From Cyanobacteria bacterium J06626_4 (GTDB taxonomy: Bacteria > Cyanobacteriota > Cyanobacteriia > Phormidesmidales > Phormidesmidaceae), in the NCBI GenBank assembly GCA_038523235.1, contig JBCBJQ010000044.1, positions 1 through 44,091 of the forward strand: a stretch of DNA of 44,091 nt, written 5' to 3'. The notes under the pieces were generated by a model. The model saw only the letters and a program-made list of their open reading frames with translations, ran no database searches and was not told the origin of the DNA. Position numbers and translations under genes: made by a program. Of the stretch, positions 36,078 to 44,091 are shown piece after piece. Within the stretch, counting starts at the first letter, position 1; each line of letters starts with the position of its first letter.

Positions 36078-36290
36078 ATGTTTTTGGACGAACTAACGCC
36101 ATTTTTGCAAGAATTAGCCCGACAGCCAGTGGCTTTTTTGGGTGGGTTTGTCTCTGGCGCTTTACGCCTCAACCTCGACGATGACCCAGTAAAATCCTGG
36201 CTCGGCAAGCAAAACGTCGAAGTCTCTAACGATGATGATTTTGGCGATGGGGGCACGGGCAACAGTCCCCAACAAATTTCTATCGATTAA
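36078..36290 (+). CDS. Conserved small cyanobacterial protein (UPF0426-like)
   Basis: MFLDELTP...QPVAFLGGFVSGALRLNLDDDPVKSWL...PQQISID. Confidence 0.8.
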   Translation: MFLDELTPFLQELARQPVAFLGGFVSGALRLNLDDDPVKSWLGKQNVEVSNDDDFGDGGTGNSPQQISID

Positions 36291-36517
36291 TCGGCTGTGA
36301 CCGCCTTAGCCCTGATGGTCTGAACCCAGGCGATAAATCTTGTCCTCTGAGGTTTCTCGGTGCGATCCGGTTTGCCTCGGCAAGTTGATCAGCGCGATTG
36401 GGGATGAAAGCGTTCCGGCTCATTCCCCAGTCAAGAACTGCAGAGGCAGTACTCCTCTCAAGCTCCTGGCTAAGTCAGTGACAGCAGCGAGCGGATGAAC
36501 TGGCAGATGGCATGCTC

Positions 36518-37219
36518 TTAGGCCGCCGGCACTAGCTCATCTAACCAGACCAGGACGTCACAGCGATACGAATTCTGGGCGCGGTGGTTGGTACTGGTGG
36601 GCAATGAGAAAGCCTGCAACGCTCGTTGATAATCCGCGATCGCGCCGTTCCAATCACCGCACAGGTGATAGGTGCGGCCTCGTTCGGCGTAGATTTCGCC
36701 CGGCATTTTGTGGAATAACAGGGCTTCATCCAGCTCTGCTAAGGCTACGTCATAGCAGCCTAGCCCGCGTAGGGTAATGGCTCGATTGATCCGCGCTTTG
36801 ATATGAAAGGGATCAAGGTCAATGGTGCGCTCATAGTCTTGCAGGGCATGAATGGCATCGCCCTGCGCCGCATAGTAGTTAGCGCGATTGTTGTAAGCCG
36901 CTGGCAGCTCAGGATTGAGTGCGATCGCCTGATCAAAGTCGGAAATCGCTCGCTGGGCTTGGCCATGCCAAAGGTAGATGAGCCCCCGGTTGTTGAAATC
37001 TTCAGCCGTGACGGCATGGTGGCGAATGAGACGACTGGAAAGGGCGATCGCGTGAGCCAAATCACCTTGTCCAACGGCGTGACGGACGTGCTGACGCATC
37101 TGCTGAGCGGCCTCTTTCGACTGCTCTGCGGAGCCACGACGCTTTAAGGGCCTTGGTGCCCTAACAACAGACAAATTGCTTTTATGGCGATTGGGGTAGA
37201 TACGACGAGGCATAGCCAC
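36518..37219 (-). CDS. TPR-repeat protein
   Basis: FNNRGLIY, AYNNRANYY, ARINRAITL and YAERGRTY TPR motifs. Confidence 0.88.
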   Translation of the reverse strand: MAMPRRIYPNRHKSNLSVVRAPRPLKRRGSAEQSKEAAQQMRQHVRHAVGQGDLAHAIALSSRLIRHHAVTAEDFNNRGLIYLWHGQAQRAISDFDQAIALNPELPAAYNNRANYYAAQGDAIHALQDYERTIDLDPFHIKARINRAITLRGLGCYDVALAELDEALLFHKMPGEIYAERGRTYHLCGDWNGAIADYQRALQAFSLPTSTNHRAQNSYRCDVLVWLDELVPAA

Positions 37220-37683
37220 TTCCTCCGAGGGCTGAGGGGAGACGTACGATGCACATCTGAGAAACTAGACGATGAGACTGGAGTTTTGTTCTGGACTTGA
37301 TCCCAGCTCCTAGGGAGCCAAAATACTGAGTCCGATATCTCGTTCTGTTGGCATATTTGCACCCGACTTCAGGGAAACCAACCGAGTAATCTCGTAGAGA
37401 CCTGGCTGCTCCCAAGTCTTTACACAGCTTTCACGCTGGTTTTTCCGTAAAATCTCGGTAATATCTCCGGCTCGTTACAGAATTGAGACAAAATGTCATC
37501 GCTTACTGACGAGTATTTAGGCCCGATCTCGTCATTGCTCGAGCCCATCAGCTAGGGATGGATGCAGAGTGCGTTACAAAGCTATTTTTTTGTTTTGCAA
37601 ACCTGATGGCTTTTGGCTGCCAAAACTCGGTAGCGTTGGCATAATTCACCGAATTTTTAGTCCGTAAACCTCGTACAGAAGTT

Positions 37684-38145
37684 ATGACCTTAGACGCTTT
37701 GCTCACTCAAGCTCCCGAGTTGACTGCCCAAGACTATTTAGTCATTGGCTTCGCGACCTGTTTCCGCCGCGAAGAAGGTGAGCTAGAAACTGTCAAAGTT
37801 TTAGAGCCGATTCCGTCGGCTTATCTGGAATCACTGCTCCAAAATATTCCCACCTCCTATGAGCTGGTGGCAGCGACAACAGTAGGCGATGTCTTAAACA
37901 ATGTGGGCATTCCCACGCTGCCCAATGGCGAAGCCGTTCATTTCTGCGAAAATTTTGGCGATCGCGTCATTGCCGCCGCTCGCACCTACCACGCTCGTCC
38001 CGACTCTCAAGCGCATTTGCCCGTGGGCAGCACTCGCACCGACTTCAACTATTCCACCGAAAAGAAGCGCGTGCTGAACTTTAAGAATGTGGTCAAGGCT
38101 GAGGACAACGTACGGCAGCACAAATACACCCACCAAAAGCTGTAG
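37684..38145 (+). CDS. Conserved cyanobacterial hypothetical protein
   Basis: DYLVIGFATCF, EPIPSAYLE, IPTSY, AARTY, NYSTEKKRVLN and DNVRQH. Confidence 0.8.
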   Translation: MTLDALLTQAPELTAQDYLVIGFATCFRREEGELETVKVLEPIPSAYLESLLQNIPTSYELVAATTVGDVLNNVGIPTLPNGEAVHFCENFGDRVIAAARTYHARPDSQAHLPVGSTRTDFNYSTEKKRVLNFKNVVKAEDNVRQHKYTHQKL

Positions 38146-38214
38146 TCCTAAACGGCCACCCGTTCAGAGGCTGATGCTCTGCTGCAGCCTGGCCGTTCTC
38201 CTGACATAAATGCC

Positions 38215-39183
38215 TCACAGTCGACTGCGGTAGGCTTTTGGGGTCATGTGGCTGTACCGGCGAAACACTCTGGTGAAATAGCTCTGATCGCTAAAGCCTA
38301 CCTGCTGGCAGATATCGGCGATCGCCAGCGACCTGCGAGTCAGGAGTTGCTTAGCCCGCTCGATGCGGCAGCGGGTGATGTATTGCAGCAGCGTTTCCCC
38401 AGTGCTTTGTTTAAACAGGGTGGCAAAGTAGTGCGGGCTCAGCGGCACCACACCCGCAACGTCTGTCAGACTCAAGTCGCACGCCAGATGCTCATGGATG
38501 TAGGACATCACCCGCCTGAGGTTAGCCGACGACAGCCCCGCTTGAGAATTTTGAACGGGTAACTTGGCGGTGGCATAGTGCTTCAGCAGGTGCATGACCA
38601 GCGTCGTCGCCATCGATTCTGCATAGAGCTGACTGTTGAGCGGGGACGACGCGACACCATGGTTTAGCGCCAGCTCTAGCTCTGACTTTAGCAACAACCC
38701 CACTTGCCGCAAAAACGGGTCATAAACTGTGCGGTGATAGAGAATTTCAACGCGATCAAGATCAATCACTTCAGAGGCGACGCAGGCGAGAAACGCCGGT
38801 TCTAAGTAGAGATCAATAAACTCCGTATCCTTCGCCCACCGCTCTTGGAAGGTGTAGTTGGCTGGGTAAATGCAGCTCGTGCCGCCGCAATTGCTCCGCT
38901 GGTGATGAGGCCCATTGCCCGGCTGCACCGGCTGCTCTAAGTCAATGCCGATAATGTACTGTTTGGCAAAGTGCTCTGGCGTCTCATGGGCAGGTTGCCG
39001 ATAGTACCCCAGGTGGAGCCCTGGCCAGGTCTCATCCCGACTCGATAACAGGGGCAACTGAGGGTACACCTGCAGAATTTGGTCGTCTTTCGTGTAGTCA
39101 ATTTCTAATGCCACCTGCGAGCTCCACTGGAAGAAACTCTCTACTGCCGGGGTTGGGCTTGCGCCCAGGCTAGCATGAATCAA
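38215..39183 (-). CDS. AraC family transcriptional regulator
   Basis: LRRVMSYIHEHL, LSPHYFATLFKQSTG and VGFSDQSYFTRVFRR; start uncertain. Confidence 0.92.
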   Translation of the reverse strand: MIHASLGASPTPAVESFFQWSSQVALEIDYTKDDQILQVYPQLPLLSSRDETWPGLHLGYYRQPAHETPEHFAKQYIIGIDLEQPVQPGNGPHHQRSNCGGTSCIYPANYTFQERWAKDTEFIDLYLEPAFLACVASEVIDLDRVEILYHRTVYDPFLRQVGLLLKSELELALNHGVASSPLNSQLYAESMATTLVMHLLKHYATAKLPVQNSQAGLSSANLRRVMSYIHEHLACDLSLTDVAGVVPLSPHYFATLFKQSTGETLLQYITRCRIERAKQLLTRRSLAIADICQQVGFSDQSYFTRVFRRYSHMTPKAYRSRL

Positions 39184-40537
39184 ATTGCTTCAGCTTGCTG
39201 ACAAAGCGCCAGCTGTAGGCGATCGCGGCCATCGTTGCCCCCAGGTAGTAACCGATCCACAGTCCTTGAGCCCCGAGCCCAGCGCCAAAGCCCAGGGCAT
39301 AGCCACTGATGAGCCCCACCCCCAGATAGGACAAGATGTTCAACAGCACCGGGACGCGCGTATCTTGAATGCCGTACAGGGCGCCGAGGGTCGTCTTCTG
39401 TACGCCGTCAAAGATATGCCCCACTGCAACGACGACAATCAGCGGACTCACTAGCTTGATCAGGGCGGTATTCTCGGGGTCGCTGATGTCGATATAGAGC
39501 CCAATAATCGGCTGGCGAAACAGCAGCAGCGCGATCGCCACCACGGTGGTCACGCCGATGGTTGTGACGATGCTGATCAGCCCCGCCCGTCTCAGACCCT
39601 GCAGGTCTTGCCGGCCAAACCACTGCCCCACTAAGGCGGTGGTGGCAAATGACATCCCCAGCGGAATCATGAATACCATCAGCCCGGTCTGCAGAGCAAT
39701 TTGGTGAGCCGCCAGCGCGTCGGTACCCAGCAGGCCGATTAGGTAGGCCATCACCAGTACCAGACCATATTCCAGCAGAATGGAAACCCCGATGGGCGTG
39801 CCAATCACAATCAGCTCTCGCATCAGCGGCAAGCGCAGCCGATACCACTTTTGAAACAGGCGATAGATTTTGAGCTGCGGGTGCCTGAGCAAGTAGATCA
39901 CCAGCGCCAAAAACATGCCCCACCAGGCCAGTGCACTGGCGAGCGCCAGCCCCGCCAACTCTAGGCGAGGCGCACCTAACTTACCAAACCCAAAGATGTA
40001 GTTACCCGCAATGTTGAACAGCGTCCCCCCTGCCACAATGGTCATGATGGGGCGGGCCTGCGATAGCCCCGAGACTACCCCCCTCAGCAGTGCAAAGCCC
40101 ACAGCGGGGAAGAGGCCCCAAAGCACCACGTTGAGATAGCTTGTGGCGAGGGCAACCGTTTGGGGGGCTTGCCCCAACCCCAGCATCACGACGTCCATGC
40201 GGCTCATGCCCACCATGGTGCCAGCGGCGAGCCCCAGCGTCAGCAGCAATCCTTGCTGCGTCACTTGCTCAATGCGCGTTTTTTGTCCGGCCCCGAAGCC
40301 CGCTGCGACGAGGGGGCTAACGCCCATCACCACGCCTGCTAGGACGTTCAAAAACACCTGAAAGGTAAAGGATGCGAGCCCACCGGCCCCTAAGGCTTCT
40401 CGCCCGAGGTGACCCATCATGACGGTATCCACAAAACCAGTCGCCGCCTGCGAAAGTTGAGCGCTAACCAGGGGGACGGCGAGCGTTAAGAGCGACTTGA
40501 TTTCAGCTTGAGTTGAAGAAGCGGAGAGTGTTTTCAT
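39170..40537 (-). CDS. MATE family efflux transporter (NorM-like)
   Basis: GFVDTVMMGHLG, LAAHQIALQ, FMIPLG, FDGVQ, DTRVP and GLWIG; about 12 TMs; ATG at 40537. Confidence 0.92.
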   Translation of the reverse strand: MKTLSASSTQAEIKSLLTLAVPLVSAQLSQAATGFVDTVMMGHLGREALGAGGLASFTFQVFLNVLAGVVMGVSPLVAAGFGAGQKTRIEQVTQQGLLLTLGLAAGTMVGMSRMDVVMLGLGQAPQTVALATSYLNVVLWGLFPAVGFALLRGVVSGLSQARPIMTIVAGGTLFNIAGNYIFGFGKLGAPRLELAGLALASALAWWGMFLALVIYLLRHPQLKIYRLFQKWYRLRLPLMRELIVIGTPIGVSILLEYGLVLVMAYLIGLLGTDALAAHQIALQTGLMVFMIPLGMSFATTALVGQWFGRQDLQGLRRAGLISIVTTIGVTTVVAIALLLFRQPIIGLYIDISDPENTALIKLVSPLIVVVAVGHIFDGVQKTTLGALYGIQDTRVPVLLNILSYLGVGLISGYALGFGAGLGAQGLWIGYYLGATMAAIAYSWRFVSKLKQFDSC

Positions 40538-40906
40538 AAAAGAAGTTTTCGGCGATCGCACCGTATAGTAAATGCCCTCAGCGTTAGAACATCCGCGCAC
40601 CTCAGCGCTGACGCGAGTCATGCTTTAAGCCCAGAACACTGCCTTAAACGATGCGGCCAAGGCAATCAATTAAAGACTGTGATTTCGTGATTTCAATTTA
40701 GACCAGTGCAAAATCAGAAGGCTGGTAAATTCTTCCGAAACCTACGACGATCTTCCGCTATTCAGTCAAAATCATGGCCGACAGACTTTAGTTCAAGGAT
40801 GCTGCCCTAATCACGACCGGAGAGTCGAGATTGCTCTGCCTCAGCTAAAAATTACGTCGCCAATTCACAGAACCGTAGTCGATGGCGGCAAATCACCCGC
40901 AATGGC

Positions 40907-41881
40907 CTATGATTCGCCATCGACCCAGCCCTCAGGAGCATTCTCGGGAGCTGACCAAGTTTCGTCAGGGTAGTTGAGGTAAGCCGCTGTGTTGGGCTGC
41001 GCTTCTTCCACCCAAATCTGCGTGCGCAATGGGCCATACTGCTGGCGCAACAGCGCTTCGACGCGCTCACCCACAATGTGGGCGACGCCCAAAAATTCTG
41101 GATGAATGGCGATGTGAAGGTCGATCCAGACCTGACGACCGACCAACCCGCGTGAGCGAATGCGGACACACCGCGTCACTCCCTCGGCCTGAGTGACAAT
41201 ATGAGCCACGGCTTCTGGCGCGATCGCCATCGGCCGTAATAGCGTGGGCAACTGGTCATGCAGCACCTGCCACAGGCTCCGCATGGCTAACAGCGTGAGG
41301 GCAAAGGCCAGAACCGGATCGATCCAGGTTTGCTGCTGCCAAATGGCAATGAGCCCGGCGATCGCCACCCCCGACAGCCAGGCATCGCCTAATACATGCT
41401 GGGTATGCAGCATCAGCGCCAGACTGCCCAACTCAGGACTGCGGTAATAGGCGTAGACCGCGATCGCCAGTGTTAGAGCGATCGCCCCCACTGTTAAATA
41501 AACGACGGGCCGCTCGATCATCACCTGCAGCGCATTTGGCTGACCCGAGACGGCATTTACTGCCTGCTGCACCGCTGCGAAAATGAGATTGAGGCCCGTA
41601 AACCCCAACAGCGATACGACCGCCAAGGTGCCGGCCACCTCGGCGCGACCATGCCCCCACACTTCGCGCCCCAAAGGGCGCTGGGCTGAGGCCACCGCGA
41701 CCAAACTCAACACGGTGCTGAAGGCATCGATAAAGGTGTGCAAAGCTTCGGCAAATAGCAGCAATGAGCGCGTCGCCCAGCCCGCGATCACCTCAATGCC
41801 CAACACCAGCAAGGTGAGCCACAGCCAAGTAAGTAATAGACGATAACAATGACGGCGTTGACGGTCGGCAGCAGCAATCAC
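40907..41881 (-). CDS. Cation diffusion facilitator (CDF) family transporter
   Basis: EALHTFID (TM2), WGHGRAE, HVLGD (TM5), WIDP and a C-terminal IRSRG..DLHI dimerisation domain. Confidence 0.88.
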   Translation of the reverse strand: MIAAADRQRRHCYRLLLTWLWLTLLVLGIEVIAGWATRSLLLFAEALHTFIDAFSTVLSLVAVASAQRPLGREVWGHGRAEVAGTLAVVSLLGFTGLNLIFAAVQQAVNAVSGQPNALQVMIERPVVYLTVGAIALTLAIAVYAYYRSPELGSLALMLHTQHVLGDAWLSGVAIAGLIAIWQQQTWIDPVLAFALTLLAMRSLWQVLHDQLPTLLRPMAIAPEAVAHIVTQAEGVTRCVRIRSRGLVGRQVWIDLHIAIHPEFLGVAHIVGERVEALLRQQYGPLRTQIWVEEAQPNTAAYLNYPDETWSAPENAPEGWVDGES

Positions 41882-42153
41882 TGAGTAGTTGACTCCAGCA
41901 GGTGCATAAGCTTTCTATTAAAACCTGTTGCCGCTCGACGAACTCACCAAAACCACCCTCTTGTTACGCGCCTTAATGGCATCGTGATGGCTTTAACTAG
42001 CTGACGCCCAAGTTTTGCCGCGACGATTTGAACCCATTTAGTTCCTATGAACTATGGAGAACTCGGTTCTTGTAGCAGAAGATTGAGGTTGCTACGATCA
42101 AATGTATCCATTGAGTGCAGCCGGACAGTGAGGCGGCGATCGCATGTCGCTCA

Positions 42154-42276
42154 GGCGATCGCACTACCAAGTCCCTGCACAAAGAAGCGCTGCAAGCGAT
42201 CGCAGGGATATGAGTCGGGTCAATATGGACATTGGGTTTCCTGGCGTTGGTTCAGTTGGAGTAAGGGGCGATCGTG
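42154..42276 (+). repeat. 123-bp HIP1-bounded direct repeat, copy A
   Basis: 111/123 identical to 43187-43309 by gap-free hand alignment; GCGATCGC at 42155 and 42196, GCGATCGT at 42268. Confidence 0.92.
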
Positions 42277-42359
42277 CTCCATTACCATGCGTTGGCGCTA
42301 GGACAACAGATAGGTTGGGCTAGTATGAGTATTATCTGTGGTCGTCTTACGGCTTAGCT

Positions 42360-42713
42360 ATGCAAATCAGTGTTGATGTTCCAGATGATTTGGCCTCGCG
42401 ACTCAGCCCTCTACAAGACAATTTGCCAGAAATTCTGGAGTTAGGCTTACGGGAGTGGAATGCTCAAGGCCAGTCAGGGTTTTCGGGGCTGTCAGAGATA
42501 TTAGAGGTTTTGGCAAGTTTGCCTTCTGCTGAAGAAATCTTGGCGTTGCAGCCATCGGCAGCGCTACAGCAGCAGGTTGAGCAATTGCTAGAAAAAAATA
42601 AGACAGTCGAATTAACGCCTGAAGAGGAGCGCTGGTGGCAGCAGTATGAGTATGTTGAGCATTTGGTGAGAATGGCTAAGGCCAAGGCACTGCTCAATTT
42701 ACAAGCATCCTAA
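42360..42713 (+). CDS. Hypothetical protein, putative antitoxin/DNA-binding partner of the HNH gene
   Basis: N-terminal MQISVDVPDDLASRL (RHH-like), LPSAEEILALQPS and LVRMAKAKA; 2 nt from the HNH start. Confidence 0.75.
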   Translation: MQISVDVPDDLASRLSPLQDNLPEILELGLREWNAQGQSGFSGLSEILEVLASLPSAEEILALQPSAALQQQVEQLLEKNKTVELTPEEERWWQQYEYVEHLVRMAKAKALLNLQAS

Positions 42714-42715
42714 GC

Positions 42716-43141
42716 ATGAGCAAAACTTACATCTCGGTCGCGCTGAGGCAACTCGTTCGCGATCGCGCTCAAAATGCTTGTGAATATTGCTTGATGCCTG
42801 AAATTGCGGTACTGGTGCTCCATGAGGTGGATCATGTGATTGCTGAGAAGCATGGGGGACAGACGATCGCCGATAATTTGGCGCTGGCCTGTACGCTTTG
42901 CAATAAATATAAGGGCAGCGACGTGGCTTCTATCGACCCCGACAATGAGAAAATTGTGCGACTCTATCGGCCTAATTACGATCTCTGGGCTGAACATTTT
43001 CGACTCAAGGCTGGAGAAGTTTCGCCTTTGACAGCCATTGGCAGAGTCACGGTGCGGTTGTTGCAGCTTAATCGCCCTGAAAGAGTTGCAGAACGCCATT
43101 TGCTCTTGGCAGCCAACCTGCTGAAGGTCCCTGAAGGATAA
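42716..43141 (+). CDS. HNH endonuclease
   Basis: CEYC, EVDHVIAEKHGG, NLALACTLCNKYKG, W.EHF and IGRVTVRLLQLN. Confidence 0.92.
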   Translation: MSKTYISVALRQLVRDRAQNACEYCLMPEIAVLVLHEVDHVIAEKHGGQTIADNLALACTLCNKYKGSDVASIDPDNEKIVRLYRPNYDLWAEHFRLKAGEVSPLTAIGRVTVRLLQLNRPERVAERHLLLAANLLKVPEG

Positions 43142-43186
43142 AGACCGCCCTCAACTCTCATCGCTTTCGCACTAGCCTGTCAGCAG

Positions 43187-43309
43187 GGCGATCGCGCTAC
43201 CAAGTCCCTGTACAAAGAAGCGCTGCAAGCGATCGCAGAAACATGAGTCGGGTCAATATGAGGGTTGAGTTTCCTGGTGTTGGTTCAGTTGGAGTGAGGG
43301 GCGATCGTG
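43187..43309 (+). repeat. 123-bp HIP1-bounded direct repeat, copy B
   Basis: Matches copy A at offset 1033. Confidence 0.92.
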
Positions 43310-43340
43310 TCGAGGTGAGAGGAAATCATACTAAACGAGG

Positions 43341-43389
43341 ACGATCTCACCACCGGATCCCTGCATAAAGAAGCGCTGTAGGCGATCGC
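43341..43389 (+). repeat. Partial third copy of the HIP1-bounded repeat
   Basis: 40/49 identical to 42155-42203. Confidence 0.8.
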
Positions 43390-43597
43390 CCCCAACTGCC
43401 ATACGCTCCACTCCCGTCGAGATCTCTACCGAGCCTTTGCTTGAAAGATACTGCTGAATACGAGAACACCCTCAAGACAGGACGTTGCAGCTCCTGAAGG
43501 AATATGATTAGAGCCGATAGGAATATTAAGTTTCTCAGCGTCAATTTGATTAGCTTTGAAGGGCGAGCCGATTGTTTATTGTGTGGACGGATTCGAT

Positions 43598-44091
43598 ATG
43601 TCGAAAATCACGACAAAACCAGGTAAAAATGAAAGAGAGCTTCGAATCTTAGTTGATGACGTACCTCTAACGGAGCACGCCATCCTAAGCGAGTTATCTT
43701 TGAAGAGCCAAAAATCTTTTAATCTAATAGGAAAATGCTGCATAAGGGAAATCCTAAAATATATTACTGGCCTTTATATAGATGAAATCGATATATCTGA
43801 TTGGCTTCAAGTAAACACAATATCTAGTTTATTTGAAATCCATGGCTTCTACCTTATTTCTAGTAGCGATGATCAAGATAGCGCTTTTACGATAGCATGT
43901 TCACTGGCTTTCAACCTTGCTGATTGGAAGTCGGCATGGAGTGCAAATGAATTTATAGAAGAGTTTCTAAAAATATATCTTGGTATAGATACCTCAGATC
44001 TGTTTTCTCCTGTTGACAGAGAATATCTAGAAGACTTTGGTGATGACCAAAAGTATATTTACGCAGAAGCTTTATTGCAAGAGAAATCCTA
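43598..44091 (+). CDS. AT-rich hypothetical protein, truncated by the window end (not in the supplied ORF track)
   Basis: Hand translation from ATG 43598 (MSKITTKPGKNERELRILVDDVPL...EALLQEKS) has no stop before the window end. Confidence 0.7.
   Translation, partial: MSKITTKPGKNERELRILVDDVPLTEHAILSELSLKSQKSFNLIGKCCIREILKYITGLYIDEIDISDWLQVNTISSLFEIHGFYLISSSDDQDSAFTIACSLAFNLADWKSAWSANEFIEEFLKIYLGIDTSDLFSPVDREYLEDFGDDQKYIYAEALLQEKS

Larger units (their letters stand above)
1..44091. repeat. Dispersed HIP1 octamer GCGATCGC
   Basis: Dozens of copies (e.g. 2367, 3074, 6922, 42155, 42196); none seen in the low-GC segments 3660-5900, 24100-26100 and 43400-44091. Confidence 0.95.

Noticed and set aside
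1..44091. The many antisense or nested ORFs in the six-frame track; tRNA, rRNA or riboswitch candidates
   Set aside because: Nested ORFs are expected shadows of GC-rich genes and show no motifs; no cloverleaf, rRNA-like or recognisable riboswitch sequence was seen by eye

Overview
A 44 kb chromosomal stretch from a fairly GC-rich cyanobacterium. The evidence is the abundant HIP1 octamer GCGATCGC and cyanobacteria-type conserved genes; a filamentous Leptolyngbya/Nodosilinea-like organism is my inference. Housekeeping or conserved content includes secDF, an AlkA-type glycosylase, DUF2267, an EamA transporter, a SUI1/YciH homolog, an SLH-GHL10 glycoside hydrolase, a BiuH-like cysteine hydrolase, PmbA, cryptochrome DASH, a TPR protein, MATE plus AraC, and a CDF transporter. 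No rRNA, tRNA, CRISPR array, transposase or integrase was found. The strongest unexplained structure is at 2367-3480: a DUF559 nuclease gene in an array of three ~120-bp REP-doublet elements. Each element follows, at a fixed distance, a different version of the DUF559 3' end (CELRG*, CALRG*, CDLRG*). A MITE and a ~25-nt mini-insert are nested in this array, a solo copy lies at 22043, and a sister REP family sits inside another MITE at 11827. Other notable loci: an ATPase plus STAND-WD40 (NLR-like) pair with a low-GC, apparently swapped sensor module; a decayed integron-like cassette array without integrase (24.1-25.9 kb); a four-gene lipid-carrier glycosylation-like cluster; and an HNH two-gene module flanked by 123-bp HIP1-bounded direct repeats. 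All family calls come from motif recognition by eye, not from database searches.
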